This document shows positions 28,559 to 38,925 of a DNA stretch of 64,000 nucleotides, one piece after another. The stretch comes from a virus. Its lineage: Duplodnaviria; Caudoviricetes. The stretch spans positions 8,224 through 72,223 of the IMG/VR virus record IMGVR_UViG_3300019371_000256; one strand, given 5' to 3'. A model generated the notes under the pieces. The model did not search any database and was not told where the DNA came from. It worked only from the letters and a program-made list of their open reading frames with translations. The number at the start of each line of letters is the position of its first letter. Position 1 is the first letter of the stretch. A program made the position numbers and the translations under genes.

Positions 28559-31500
28559 GTGGAATTGAGTGCGGTTTTATCATTACGGGACCGGTTATCT
28601 GCTAAGATGAAAAAGGCAAGCGAAGGTGTTGGAGCAATGACAAAACGGGTTAATGAATCAAAGGAAGCCTTAGTCAGGATGTCTCAGTCACAGAATATTA
28701 ATATTTCTGCTCGTACCAATATTGCAGAGGTAATGCGAACTGCAAAGCTTGAAATGGCATCTTTGAAGAATACCATAGAAGAGAAAGAAATTGCTTTAAA
28801 GGTTCATTTAGATGATGGGCTCAATATGGATAAGATAGAAGAGCAGTTAAAGCATTTCAATGCTCTTGCAGAAACCGGAGAAGATATAATTCAAGGGTAC
28901 AGTAATAAGCTGGACACTTTAAAGCAAAAACAGGCTGAATTTACTGATAAGACTAAAGTAAATACGAAACTTGGTATTGAGCAATCTATTGATAGTTTAG
29001 AAAAAAAGCTAGCAGAAATAGAATCGGCAAAGCAGAAATTTACTGAGTGGCAAAAAATCCGAGCTGATTTCAGTGTTTTAGAAGAAGCCAGGTCAAAGCT
29101 GGCCGCAATGGAAAAGTCAGTAGAGGATTTGAATAAGACTAATGTAGCTGTCAGAGCCTATGTTGATTTCAAAGCCGATGCCCTGAAACAAGTCTACGAC
29201 ATTGATGAAAAACTAAAAAGCTTAGGTAAGAAGGTTATCACTCCTGTAATTGATCTGAAGGATAGGGTTACGAATAGGATAAAACCAATAACTTCCAGGT
29301 TAAAAGGCTTGGCCAGGCAAAAGGTTCAGCCATTGGCAGTTCTTAAAGACAAGGTTACAAATGCCGCCGGAAAGGTTCGCCAAAGATTAGCAAAGGTGGC
29401 CGGGACTGTAGCATATCCGGTGGTAAAGCTTAAGGATATGGCTTCCCCTCTTGTATCTAAGATTTCAGCGAAAATAAAAAAAGTGACGGGTAAGGTTTGG
29501 GCGGCCACTGTAAAAGTGATTGACAAGACCGGACCTGCTTTAAAGAAAATTGGTTCAGGTCTTAAGAGTGTTGCCGGTATTGCTGCGAAAGGCATTGTCA
29601 TTGGTGCTACAGTAGCCATGGCGGGAGCTACAGCGGCAACAGCAACCTCCATAAGTAAAGACCAGGCAATAAATTCTACCATGGCACAAACGGGCCAGAA
29701 GGATAAGGCAGAAATAAACAGCATAATGTCAAATCTCTATCGTGATAATATGGGCGAAGATTATGCTGATCTTGGGAAAAGCATATCTACTGTTGCTCAG
29801 ATATCCGGATCAACTGGTAAAGAATTAGAGGGTCTGACACACAATGCTTTGTTGCTTCGTGATACTTTTGAATTTGATGTAACTGAAAGTACACGATCTG
29901 CAAAAATGATGATGGACCAATTCGGCATATCCGGGGATGAGGCTTATAACCTGATTGCCCAGGGAGCACAAAAGGGTTTAAATAAAAATGGGGATCTTCT
30001 GGATACACTGAATGAGTATGGTACACATTTCAAGCAGATGGGATTTTCCAGTACAGAAATGATGAATATGCTGGTAAACGGAGCCCAAAGCGGTACCTTC
30101 TCTGTCGATAAGCTTGGTGATGCCATTAAAGAATTCGGAATAAGGTCAAAAGATGGAAGTGACGGTACTAAACAAGCGTTCAAGGATTTGGGACTGGATG
30201 CCAATCGGCTTACAAAAGATTTTGCGGCCGGGGGTGCCAAGGGAAAAGCGGCATTCCAAGAAGTAACCGCTGCGCTTGGAACCATGCAGGATCCGGTAAA
30301 GCAGAATGCTGCTGGTGTGGCTCTCTTTGGTACCATGTGGGAGGATCTGGGAGCTAAAGGCGTACTTTCCATGTCCCAGCTAAATGGTGAAATTCAAGGC
30401 GGTACAGATGCGCTGACAGAGATTAATAATATAAAGTATGATGATCTCGGAAGTGCCTTTGGAAGCTTAAAACGAACCTTTACAGATGCGGTTTTGGAAC
30501 CAATCGGGAAGAAGCTTACGCCGGTTGTATCAGATGCGGTAAATGTACTGAAAGGATTTGCGGGTAGGATTGGTAAAGCTATTGAATCAGGGGATACGTC
30601 TGAAATTGGAAACGTATTTAATGATATGATAGGTACTGGGGTTCAGGCTGTTCAAGATGGAGCACCTAAGATGATTAAAGCCTTGATCGGTGGTCTGGGT
30701 GGTTACCAGAAGATGATTAGACAGCAGGCGCCTTCTATTATAACAGCAGCAACTACTATAATCCTTACTCTTGTGCAGGGACTGACACAGGCAATGCCGG
30801 ATCTTGCGGAGACATCAATATCGATTCTGGAAAGCTTTACCCAGGGTATTTCAGGAAACCTGCCTATGATAATTCAGGCGGCGGTACAATTACTTACCAG
30901 TTTAATTCAAGGATTCGTAAGCATGCTGCCGGCCATACTTAACCTGGGATTGCAACTGCTCTTATCTTTGATACAGGGAATCGTACAAAGTTTACCACTG
31001 CTAATAGATTCAGCGGTTCAGATAGTTCTTAATCTACTTCAGTTCATTACTGATAATCTACCTATGATAATCCAGGCTGCCATTGATATTATAATGACAC
31101 TGGTACAGGCTTTAATTGACAATATCCCGGTATTGGTAGACGGAGCTATACAGATCATAACAGGACTGGTTAGCTTTATCATTGAGAATCTACCTATGAT
31201 ACTGGAAGCTGCAATACAGCTTGTGGTAGCTTTGGTGAATGGACTTATTTCCGCATTACCTACTTTGGTTGAGGGTGCCTTAAATTTGGTATCTGCAATT
31301 TGGGACACTTTGAAAGGGGTGGACTGGCTGCAGCTTGGCATTGATCTGATAAAGGGAATCGGGGAAGGCCTGTTAAGCGGAGTAAAGCAGATTGGTAGCA
31401 CCATAGGAAATGTTGCGGGCTCCATTGTAGGAAAATTCAAGAATTTCCTCGGAATACATTCCCCATCCCGGGTGATGAAAGCCGAAGTGGGATTTAATAT

Positions 31501-31936
31501 GGGTGCCGGTGTTGCGGAAGGTCTGAAAGATACTAAGGCTATGCTGAATAATGAAATAGAAAGCCTGACTGACGATATGACAGTTACCATGAGTGCGAAT
31601 ACTCCTGAGGTAGTGATACCGTCCATGAAGCCTTATCAGCTACCGGTTTCCGAAGAGTCTGAGAAGCCTTCCAAGCCAAAGAATCCTTCCAGTGGTAGTG
31701 ATGAATATTCAGGATTAGATATTGCACAGCCAATAAATAATAGCAATACATCAAATTCCTATAGTTCGTCTGCAGAAAGTAAGGTTGAGAAGAAATACTT
31801 TATTGAAAAGATAATCGAACACGTAGAGATAACAGGAGAGGGTGATGAAGATAGGCTGGTACAGAAGATACTGGCAGCATTAGCTGATGATATAGAAGAA
31901 ACCGCAGATAATATGGGAGAGGAGGCTGTTGATTGA
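28559..31936 (+). CDS. Tape measure protein
   Basis: 1125 aa; coiled-coil N-terminus, Ala/Gly-rich middle, 22-aa-type amphipathic repeats, LGIHSPSRVM. Confidence 0.95.
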   Translation: MELSAVLSLRDRLSAKMKKASEGVGAMTKRVNESKEALVRMSQSQNINISARTNIAEVMRTAKLEMASLKNTIEEKEIALKVHLDDGLNMDKIEEQLKHFNALAETGEDIIQGYSNKLDTLKQKQAEFTDKTKVNTKLGIEQSIDSLEKKLAEIESAKQKFTEWQKIRADFSVLEEARSKLAAMEKSVEDLNKTNVAVRAYVDFKADALKQVYDIDEKLKSLGKKVITPVIDLKDRVTNRIKPITSRLKGLARQKVQPLAVLKDKVTNAAGKVRQRLAKVAGTVAYPVVKLKDMASPLVSKISAKIKKVTGKVWAATVKVIDKTGPALKKIGSGLKSVAGIAAKGIVIGATVAMAGATAATATSISKDQAINSTMAQTGQKDKAEINSIMSNLYRDNMGEDYADLGKSISTVAQISGSTGKELEGLTHNALLLRDTFEFDVTESTRSAKMMMDQFGISGDEAYNLIAQGAQKGLNKNGDLLDTLNEYGTHFKQMGFSSTEMMNMLVNGAQSGTFSVDKLGDAIKEFGIRSKDGSDGTKQAFKDLGLDANRLTKDFAAGGAKGKAAFQEVTAALGTMQDPVKQNAAGVALFGTMWEDLGAKGVLSMSQLNGEIQGGTDALTEINNIKYDDLGSAFGSLKRTFTDAVLEPIGKKLTPVVSDAVNVLKGFAGRIGKAIESGDTSEIGNVFNDMIGTGVQAVQDGAPKMIKALIGGLGGYQKMIRQQAPSIITAATTIILTLVQGLTQAMPDLAETSISILESFTQGISGNLPMIIQAAVQLLTSLIQGFVSMLPAILNLGLQLLLSLIQGIVQSLPLLIDSAVQIVLNLLQFITDNLPMIIQAAIDIIMTLVQALIDNIPVLVDGAIQIITGLVSFIIENLPMILEAAIQLVVALVNGLISALPTLVEGALNLVSAIWDTLKGVDWLQLGIDLIKGIGEGLLSGVKQIGSTIGNVAGSIVGKFKNFLGIHSPSRVMKAEVGFNMGAGVAEGLKDTKAMLNNEIESLTDDMTVTMSANTPEVVIPSMKPYQLPVSEESEKPSKPKNPSSGSDEYSGLDIAQPINNSNTSNSYSSSAESKVEKKYFIEKIIEHVEITGEGDEDRLVQKILAALADDIEETADNMGEEAVD

Positions 31937-32574
31937 TATATAAAATATCGTTTGAAAATTTGAAAGACAGTATAATTTTACCGGTCAATCCCTCTGAACC
32001 GGTAATCAGCGGGGGTGGCAATAATTTTACGGATGTACAGGTTATTAAGGGTGGAGAACGTACCATAATCGGCAATAGTATGCTGCAAGTGGTGTCGTTC
32101 TCCTCTTTTTTTCCCAGAGATTATGATTCTTCCTATTGTAGTGTAGAAGATATACCGGATCCATGGGAAGCAGTAAAAAAAATAGAGAAATGGAGGAAGT
32201 CTGGCCAACCAGTAAAATTGCTGATAACTAAGACGGGTGTAAATATGTACGCTACAATCCGGAAGTTTGACTACAGGGAGAAAGGCGGGGAGCCAGGGGA
32301 TGTGTATTATGATATTGAATTTAAGGAGTTTAAATTTATAAAAATCCGGGAAGTAGTAAAAGAAGCACCTAAGGTACAGCAGCAATCGGACCGGCCGGAA
32401 ACCTCCACCACTGCAAAGACCTACACTGTTGTGAAAGGAGACAGCCTGTGGAATATAGCGAAAAAATTCTATGGAAATGGGGGCCAGTATACAAAAATAT
32501 TTAGTGCTAATAATCCTCCTATAAAGAATGCAAGCTTAATATCTCCGGGGCAGGTATTTACGATTCCGTCATGA
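31933..32574 (+). CDS. LysM-domain tail protein (XkdP-like)
   Basis: ILPVNPSE, GEPGDVYY; C-terminal LysM YTVVKGDSLWNIAKKFYG. Confidence 0.9.
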   Translation: MIYKISFENLKDSIILPVNPSEPVISGGGNNFTDVQVIKGGERTIIGNSMLQVVSFSSFFPRDYDSSYCSVEDIPDPWEAVKKIEKWRKSGQPVKLLITKTGVNMYATIRKFDYREKGGEPGDVYYDIEFKEFKFIKIREVVKEAPKVQQQSDRPETSTTAKTYTVVKGDSLWNIAKKFYGNGGQYTKIFSANNPPIKNASLISPGQVFTIPS

Positions 32575-33599
32575 AAGAATTATACAAAGAAAGGGAAAAG
32601 TATAAGGTTGCCGTTATTCAGGAAAATCTTATATCTTGGATTGAAGAGGCTGTCACTACCATGACTTGGGGTGGCAGCAAAGACGAAGCTTCCCGAACAC
32701 TTAATCTGGAAGTAACAAAGGTCAATGGAAAAACAGATTTCCCGAATGGGAGCGCCATTGTGATATATGATCTTGCGGACCAGGAACTCATGAGGTATAT
32801 CATCACTAAAAAAAGTAAAACCCGGAGTAGTACAGCAATAAAGTATACGGCCAGGGATGTTCGGTGGTGGCTCACACGCAGTAAAATGGACAAAAAGTTT
32901 GAGAACATGACTGCCAGTGAGATTATCTCAAGCTTGTGTAAAAGTTTAGGAATAAGTACAGGAACCATTGCGGATACAGGTGTTAAATTTTCTGTTCTGC
33001 ATTTTATAAAAAAAAGTCCCTGGGACATGATTGTCATTGCGCTTACAGAAACCAGGAAACAAAGTGGAAAGCGGTATACAACCCGTGTTAAAAATGGAAA
33101 CCTGGAACTTATTGAAAAGTGTAAGCAGACAGTACAATGGGTGATTGAGGAAGGGGCAAATCTACTGGATGCATCTTATGATGAAAGCATTGAATCCACT
33201 TATACACAGGTTAAGGTAGTTGGAAAGAATTCCAAAGGCAATGAAATATCAGCGATTCAAAAGAATGAAGGAGCTCAAAAGCTTTATGGTGTGATGCAGG
33301 AATACATAAGTCAAAGTGACAAAATGACACAGGCGGAAGTGAATGCAATAGCAGTTCAAAAATTGAAAGAGCTGTCAGTCATGCAGAAAAGCGGAACAAT
33401 AAAAACCTTTGGATTAGATGATGTAGAAACCGGAACAGGGATATATGTAATTGACAATGAAACCGGTTTGGTAGGCGGATTTTATGTCGAATCAGATAGT
33501 CATACATATAGCAATGGATATCATGAAATGAGCCTTACTTTGGCCTGGACTGATGAATTACCGGAAATTGAATATGAGGCTCCAAAAGAATCAACGTAA
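32571..33599 (+). CDS. Baseplate hub (XkdQ/YqbQ-like)
   Basis: WGGSKDEASRTL, ASYDESIE, YGVMQ; synteny. Confidence 0.85.
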   Translation: MKELYKEREKYKVAVIQENLISWIEEAVTTMTWGGSKDEASRTLNLEVTKVNGKTDFPNGSAIVIYDLADQELMRYIITKKSKTRSSTAIKYTARDVRWWLTRSKMDKKFENMTASEIISSLCKSLGISTGTIADTGVKFSVLHFIKKSPWDMIVIALTETRKQSGKRYTTRVKNGNLELIEKCKQTVQWVIEEGANLLDASYDESIESTYTQVKVVGKNSKGNEISAIQKNEGAQKLYGVMQEYISQSDKMTQAEVNAIAVQKLKELSVMQKSGTIKTFGLDDVETGTGIYVIDNETGLVGGFYVESDSHTYSNGYHEMSLTLAWTDELPEIEYEAPKEST

Positions 33600-33619
33600 C
33601 CATAGGAAAGGGTGATAAT

Positions 33620-33880
33620 ATGAGTGCGGAAGCAGCGAGAATAATAAAAAAAATCTCTGGAAAGAAAACTGCCAGTGGGCTTGATATCATGTTAGGAACA
33701 GTAAAGGCGGTTTCTCCTCTTACTGTAAAGTTTGATGATGTGAGTTTTGATATATCTGCAGGACTATTAGTAAATCCGGATATCAATCTTCGTGAGGGGC
33801 TTAAAGCAGGGGAAAGGGTAGCCGGTGTTCCTGTGGGGGGAACACAGTATCTTATTTTATGTAAGGCGGTGGCAGCTTAA
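33620..33880 (+). CDS. XkdR/DUF2577-like spike protein
   Basis: GTVKAVSPLTV; synteny. Confidence 0.75.
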   Translation: MSAEAARIIKKISGKKTASGLDIMLGTVKAVSPLTVKFDDVSFDISAGLLVNPDINLREGLKAGERVAGVPVGGTQYLILCKAVAA

Positions 33881-34338
33881 TGGGAATCTTACCTCAATCA
33901 TCTGAAATAAGTAATACTACTGTAAAAACTTATAAAGACAGTTTGCTGGGGAAACACACATTTAAGTTTGATTTTGAAAAGAATGAGTTTGTCACCGATG
34001 TTATGGATAATGTTATTACCACTAGTAATGCCAATGAAATATTAGAGCAGGTAATTAATAAAATTCTCCATGATCGTAGATATAAAAACCTCATTTATCC
34101 GAAATCATATGGGAATGAAATAGACCTTATATTAAATCAGGATGACCCATATGAAGTCGTGGAGTGTGAATTACGCAGGGTTTACATAGAAGCATTGGAA
34201 TACCATCCAATGATTGAAAGCATAAGTGATTTCTCGGCCAGTTATGAAGGAGATACGATTACATGTAAATTTGTTGTGAATGGAGTGGACGGTACCAGCG
34301 TCCAAGTAGTAAAGGAGCTGAATTATGTCACTACCTGA
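33880..34338 (+). CDS. XkdS/DUF2634-like baseplate protein
   Basis: FDFEKNEF, RY..LIYPKSYG.E, EAL. Confidence 0.8.
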   Translation: MGILPQSSEISNTTVKTYKDSLLGKHTFKFDFEKNEFVTDVMDNVITTSNANEILEQVINKILHDRRYKNLIYPKSYGNEIDLILNQDDPYEVVECELRRVYIEALEYHPMIESISDFSASYEGDTITCKFVVNGVDGTSVQVVKELNYVTT

Positions 34339-35488
34339 TTTTGATTTTATTAAAATGATCCAGGATGGATCTTTGGACGTGATTGAATGGTTGGCAGCTC
34401 AAAACGAGGAAACCATACGAGAAAGAGTTTATGAACGGGTGCCTGAAGGCTTGGATGTCTCAGTCGGAAGCTATGAATATGATGCCATAGAGCCAACTAA
34501 CGCAGAATTTGCAGTGGCTTATTTTATGCTGCGTAATGTGATTTTACTTGCGTTTCCCCAATATTCTTTTGGTCAATGGCTTACCCTGTCCGCCGCCGCC
34601 CATGGAGTATATCGAAAGGCTGCCACTTATGCAAGCGGAAATATTTTAATTCAGGGAGCCATTGGAACTGCAATACCGGCCGGGACCAAATTCTCAAACA
34701 GTATTCCTTCCGGATCTGCCTTAAGTGTTAAATATTATACTTCAAAAGAGTATTCGGTAATTGGAAGTGATAGCCAGGTAGAAATTGAGGTTACTGCTGA
34801 TGAAATAGGCTCTGCCGGTAATGCTCAGGCTGGGGAAATAAATTTAAACCTGGCTGACATTCAAAATCTTACCTCTATCGGCAATGTCTCCGCTTTTACA
34901 AATGGAGTGGATGAAGAGAGTGATGATTCATTACTTACCCGGCTGCTTGATAAGGTCAGAAATCCCACCAGTGGAGGAAATAAAAACGATTACAAACAGT
35001 GGGCGAAAGAAATATCCGGAGTTGTTGAAGTGGAAGTAATACCGCTTTGGAATGGTCCGGGAACAGTTCAGGTTATTATTATTGGGGAAGGCGGTTCCCC
35101 TATTCCTGATTTGGTTTCGGTTGTAAAGGAGCATCTGGATCCTGCGGACCATGAAGGGGAAGGAGAGGGGCGGGCTCCCATCGGAGCGGTAGTTACTGTG
35201 ATTACTACAGAGAACTACGCTATCCGGATCGATATTAACGATTTGGAATTTGAAAGTGGATACAGCCTTTTAAATACTCGACAAGCTATTATTGAAGCAG
35301 TAAAGAAAGAAATTTCCAAGGTGAGCATTGGAGGTTTGGTGAGGATACATTATGTAGAGGATGCAATAAAGCATGTAACAGGCGTAAAGGATTTCGGAAA
35401 TGTGTTTCTTAATCAATCTAGTACCAATATGCAAGTACCGGCGCATTTAAAACCGTCAGCTGGGGAGGTGTATTTCGATGGAAATTAG
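34325..35488 (+). CDS. Baseplate J-like protein (XkdT)
   Basis: GVDEESDDSLLTR, GGNKNDYKQWA, PLWNGPGTV, APIGA. Confidence 0.9.
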   Translation: MSLPDFDFIKMIQDGSLDVIEWLAAQNEETIRERVYERVPEGLDVSVGSYEYDAIEPTNAEFAVAYFMLRNVILLAFPQYSFGQWLTLSAAAHGVYRKAATYASGNILIQGAIGTAIPAGTKFSNSIPSGSALSVKYYTSKEYSVIGSDSQVEIEVTADEIGSAGNAQAGEINLNLADIQNLTSIGNVSAFTNGVDEESDDSLLTRLLDKVRNPTSGGNKNDYKQWAKEISGVVEVEVIPLWNGPGTVQVIIIGEGGSPIPDLVSVVKEHLDPADHEGEGEGRAPIGAVVTVITTENYAIRIDINDLEFESGYSLLNTRQAIIEAVKKEISKVSIGGLVRIHYVEDAIKHVTGVKDFGNVFLNQSSTNMQVPAHLKPSAGEVYFDGN

Positions 35489-36404
35489 CCGCTCTGAAGA
35501 AATGCTTAAATATGTTGAAGGGTATTACCGGGAAAGCAAATATTATCTGGCTCAGAACAGTGCCAAAGGTGAGGAACTTAATATCATCCATGCGATATTG
35601 GAGGATCTGCCCAATCAGTTTAACCCGCAGACAGCTACGTGGGGCCTTAGATTATGGGATGAATTACTGGAAATTGACGGAGGAATTCAGACCGTTGAGG
35701 ATCACAGGGCAAAAGTGATGATGAAACTGATTGCCTTGCCAAGAATTACACCTATTTCCTTGGAAAGACTGATAAAAAGTATTGCAAAAGCAAATGTGGA
35801 TATTATCCGGAACGTGGCACCGTATACTTTTCAAATCCGAGTGAGAGAAGATAGCCTTGACTGCAACAGCAACTTAATACGGCAAATCGTAGAAGATTAC
35901 AAGGAAGCACATATGGCATTTCACCAGGCGTATTATCTAGGGCACATTGTTTCAAAAGAACGTATTTATTTAAAAACTTTACATCGCATAACAATGTATT
36001 GGTTCCTTGAAGCGTGGCTTTTAAATGGGGCACATTCTCTAAACGGAGAGATGAAATTAGGATTTATATATCCAATGTATAATCTTTTAGTATGCAACCG
36101 TATTTCAGTAGTAATTTCTGAGCGTTTTTATACAAAGACTATGCGGAATACCTTTATAGTGAAAACAACTGAAAAAGCCAAAGTTAGAGGCAGTATACGG
36201 CCTATTTTTAGCTGGTGGAATGGGGGCCTAAATAGAAAGCCAGATTATAAGACGAGGTCAACAAATCGGATTGATGTGATTAATCCAGAGAGAGTATCCT
36301 CTCCAGTGGTAACTATTTCACATAATTTATGGCATTTAGATGGTTCTGTTATGTTAGATGGCAGCCGAACGCTGGATGCATACCAAATTAAGGAGGTTTT
36401 ATAA
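35478..36404 (+). CDS. XkdU/YmfQ (DUF2313)-like baseplate wedge protein with C-terminal W-x-L-[DN]-G repeats
   Basis: QFNPQTATWGL..W; WLLNGAHSLNG and WHLDGSVMLDG. Confidence 0.8.
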   Translation: MEISRSEEMLKYVEGYYRESKYYLAQNSAKGEELNIIHAILEDLPNQFNPQTATWGLRLWDELLEIDGGIQTVEDHRAKVMMKLIALPRITPISLERLIKSIAKANVDIIRNVAPYTFQIRVREDSLDCNSNLIRQIVEDYKEAHMAFHQAYYLGHIVSKERIYLKTLHRITMYWFLEAWLLNGAHSLNGEMKLGFIYPMYNLLVCNRISVVISERFYTKTMRNTFIVKTTEKAKVRGSIRPIFSWWNGGLNRKPDYKTRSTNRIDVINPERVSSPVVTISHNLWHLDGSVMLDGSRTLDAYQIKEVL

Positions 36405-36406
36405 TA

Positions 36407-36787
36407 ATGGCAGAAAGTATTGTTACAGATATTGCAAAAGAAAAAATGCTGAAGGCAAGGGCAGGAGTTTCACCCTTACCACCTATTGTTGGGATGGCTT
36501 TTGGGGATGGGGCTAAAAATGTTTCGGGTGGAATAATTGCTCCAACCGCAAATCAAACAGCTTTGAACAATGAATTACTTAGAAAATCAAATGACAGTTG
36601 CAAAGAAATTACTAAATTAATTTATCGTTATTCTTGCACATTAGATGAAGGCGAATTGGCCAATAAATTTATAAATGAAATAGCCTTGTATGATTCTGAT
36701 GGAGATTTGATAGCGATAAAGACTTTCTTAGATAAGGGAAAAGATTCTGATCAAGAAATGGTATTTGAGATAGATGATACATTTTAA
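36407..36787 (+). CDS. Tail fibre attachment/collar-like protein
   Basis: MAFGDG, INEIALYDSDGDLIAIKTF..K.KD. Confidence 0.75.
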   Translation: MAESIVTDIAKEKMLKARAGVSPLPPIVGMAFGDGAKNVSGGIIAPTANQTALNNELLRKSNDSCKEITKLIYRYSCTLDEGELANKFINEIALYDSDGDLIAIKTFLDKGKDSDQEMVFEIDDTF

Positions 36788-36799
36788 AAGGAGGAGTTT

Positions 36800-37618
36800 A
36801 TGGCTGATTTTGAAATTGAAAAAGAGTATAGGGAACAACTGCGGAAATTAGAAACAACAGATCCTGCCCATGCTGACCTATTTAATTCAACGTTTTCAAC
36901 ATTAATAAATAATGATGCATACCTCAACGAGCAGAATAACAAAATCAAACAACCAGAATTTGATGATTCTGGCAGCGTAGATGAAATAAAAGACTTCCCA
37001 TCATTTTTATCATCTATGGTATCTAAGATGAGTATATTTAAGTTTTTTTCAGATTTGAAAGCTGGATTAAAATTTGTATTACATACAGGGCAAATAGTCA
37101 ATAACTGTGTTACGGACCGGTCAGACCTTCCAGGTTCGGCACATAATGATAAGGTTTTGATGGATAAATATTTGGCGTTAAGTAGTGATTTAAGTGAACG
37201 GCTTTTCTTTGGTGCTGGTACTGCGTTGCAAGCAAAGAACGGTACGACGTGGTACAGATTACAAATTAATCCTGATAATTCAACAGGTGTTTTTAAGTCT
37301 ATCGATAATGGTACCACATGGCCAATTTTTGAAAGATTTATAACAGAATCTGGATCAGTTAAAATAAAGAGTGGGTACATAAACATTGCAACGACTGCTT
37401 CTTACGGCAATGAATACCAGGGATCTATGTCCATTCCATCTATCATTTCAGCTTTTAGTCTTACAGATAAAACGGTTTTGACAGTCATTTGTCGGGGAGG
37501 CAATCTTATATCAGATGGTGCAATTGTCCCAAAACATGGTTCAGACGGTTCTATATTTACACTCTCTGGTGCTGTGTCGGGTACATACAGGATGCATTTC
37601 GATATACTTTATAAATAA
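36800..37618 (+). CDS. Tail fibre: constant N-terminus (36800-37180) plus the currently expressed cassette 1 (37181-37618)
   Basis: LETTDPAHADLFN..LINND N-terminal fibre motif; crossover site encodes LSSDL. Confidence 0.85.
   Translation: MADFEIEKEYREQLRKLETTDPAHADLFNSTFSTLINNDAYLNEQNNKIKQPEFDDSGSVDEIKDFPSFLSSMVSKMSIFKFFSDLKAGLKFVLHTGQIVNNCVTDRSDLPGSAHNDKVLMDKYLALSSDLSERLFFGAGTALQAKNGTTWYRLQINPDNSTGVFKSIDNGTTWPIFERFITESGSVKIKSGYINIATTASYGNEYQGSMSIPSIISAFSLTDKTVLTVICRGGNLISDGAIVPKHGSDGSIFTLSGAVSGTYRMHFDILYK
37180..37192 (+). repeat. Shufflon crossover site A (AAGTAGTGATTTA)
   Basis: In frame within the fibre gene (S-S-D-L). Confidence 0.85.
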
Positions 37619-37625
37619 TGATTAA

Positions 37626-37886
37626 TTAAATCCATGACCTCCACTGATTTCCCCAGCGCATACGATGTTTAAAGTCATTATTCCAGTCAAAGAATAGCTG
37701 GATACCACTCGGACCATTATTAAATATGATGATAATTCCATCTTTCCCCGTTGGCGTTTTTGTACTTCCGTCATTTCGTATGTCAATAGTAGCAATTTGC
37801 GTCTCCCGTAAATTATCCAGAGTTATAAGTGAACCATCTCCAATGGAATAGTTATTATATGGGAGGATGCTCGTTAAATCACTACT
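37626..37886 (-). other. Silent tail-fibre C-terminal cassette 2 (86 aa, SSDLTSILPYNN...RMRWGNQWRSWI), absent from the ORF track
   Basis: Open frame from site B to TAA, no start codon or RBS; knob-like C-terminus ending W-x-x-W. Confidence 0.85.
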
Positions 37887-37887
37887 T
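37875..37887 (-). repeat. Shufflon crossover site B (AAGTAGTGATTTA on the - strand)
   Basis: Identical to site A, inverted. Confidence 0.85.
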
Positions 37888-37982
37888 TATTAAAAAGATG
37901 GTAATAAACAAAATATTGTAATATTTTCCTTTTAAGTCTATAATTAAAAATGGATAAATAATCTGTATAGGGGGAATTATGT

Positions 37983-38867
37983 ATGTTTAAAAAGAAAAAT
38001 ACGATAGGGTTTATAATCGGAGCATTAGCAATAATTACTGTAGCAATAACTAACAACACGAATAGTTATGCAAAAAGTGATTTTGCCGTAACAACAAGGG
38101 ATGAATCTATTGAATATAATGGAGTTACATATAAAAGAATTCAAGTTGATGGTGGAGATTTATCAGGTTCAAGGCAACCTAATGTGGCGGTAGATGTTGG
38201 GTATGGGGATAGAACATATTGGGCGTTAACAAATGAGCATAGTCAGCTTGTGTATGTAATAGCTGACAAAATCACCTTGCAAGATGAAAACACAGAACAA
38301 GTTACTTCTGAGGGACGTTATTATAGTGATGAGGCAAAAGTACCTGGCACTGAAAGGTCAGACTTAGATGAAGGACATGTCATAGCAGATAGTCTTGGTG
38401 GAGTTTCGAATGCATACAATATAACACCACAAGATAGCACTTTAAATCGCCATGGAGATCAAGCCTATATGGAGAAAGTGATTCGTGATGCAGGTGGTTG
38501 TGAACATTTCATAGCTACTATCACATATCCAGATACTTCAACTCAAATTCCGTCACATTATCATTATGAATATATACTCAAAGGGAATGCGGTTGTAGAT
38601 GATTTTGATAATATAAATCCTGACGAAGTTAATAAAGCACAAGCAGATAAACAACAAAAAGAATCAAATGTAACAAGTGGAAATAATAATTCTAGTGAAT
38701 CTAGTATAAATGAACAAGAGGAACTGAAAAAGATAGATACTAATGGCAATGGTAAAGTTACAATAGCCGAAGCAAAAGCAGCTGGATACAAAATGCCAAT
38801 CTATTCAACTCATTGGTTGTATAAATATATGGATGACCGAGATGGAGATGGTATGGTAGGAGAATAA
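37983..38867 (+). CDS. Secreted DNA/RNA non-specific endonuclease (streptodornase-like) with a C-terminal Ca-binding-like motif
   Basis: Signal-peptide-like N-terminus; DEGHVIADSLGG, NITPQ..TLNR; DTNGNGKVT and DRDGDG. Confidence 0.85.
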   Translation: MFKKKNTIGFIIGALAIITVAITNNTNSYAKSDFAVTTRDESIEYNGVTYKRIQVDGGDLSGSRQPNVAVDVGYGDRTYWALTNEHSQLVYVIADKITLQDENTEQVTSEGRYYSDEAKVPGTERSDLDEGHVIADSLGGVSNAYNITPQDSTLNRHGDQAYMEKVIRDAGGCEHFIATITYPDTSTQIPSHYHYEYILKGNAVVDDFDNINPDEVNKAQADKQQKESNVTSGNNNSSESSINEQEELKKIDTNGNGKVTIAEAKAAGYKMPIYSTHWLYKYMDDRDGDGMVGE

Positions 38868-38880
38868 TAGTCATGTTAAT

Positions 38881-38907
38881 AGGAGCCGTAAGGCTCCTGT
38901 TTTTTTA
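38881..38907 (+). terminator. Terminator after the DNase gene
   Basis: AGGAGCC-GTAA-GGCTCCT followed by a T-run. Confidence 0.8.
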
Positions 38908-38925
38908 TAAAGAAAGGAGTTCTTA

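Noticed and set aside
536-35718. Many short antisense or alternative-frame ORFs over the phage genes (for example 16400-17000, 17221-18073, 20427-21150, 26784-27272, 29326-31626)
   Set aside because: They lie fully inside well-supported genes, lack an RBS and read as shadow ORFs
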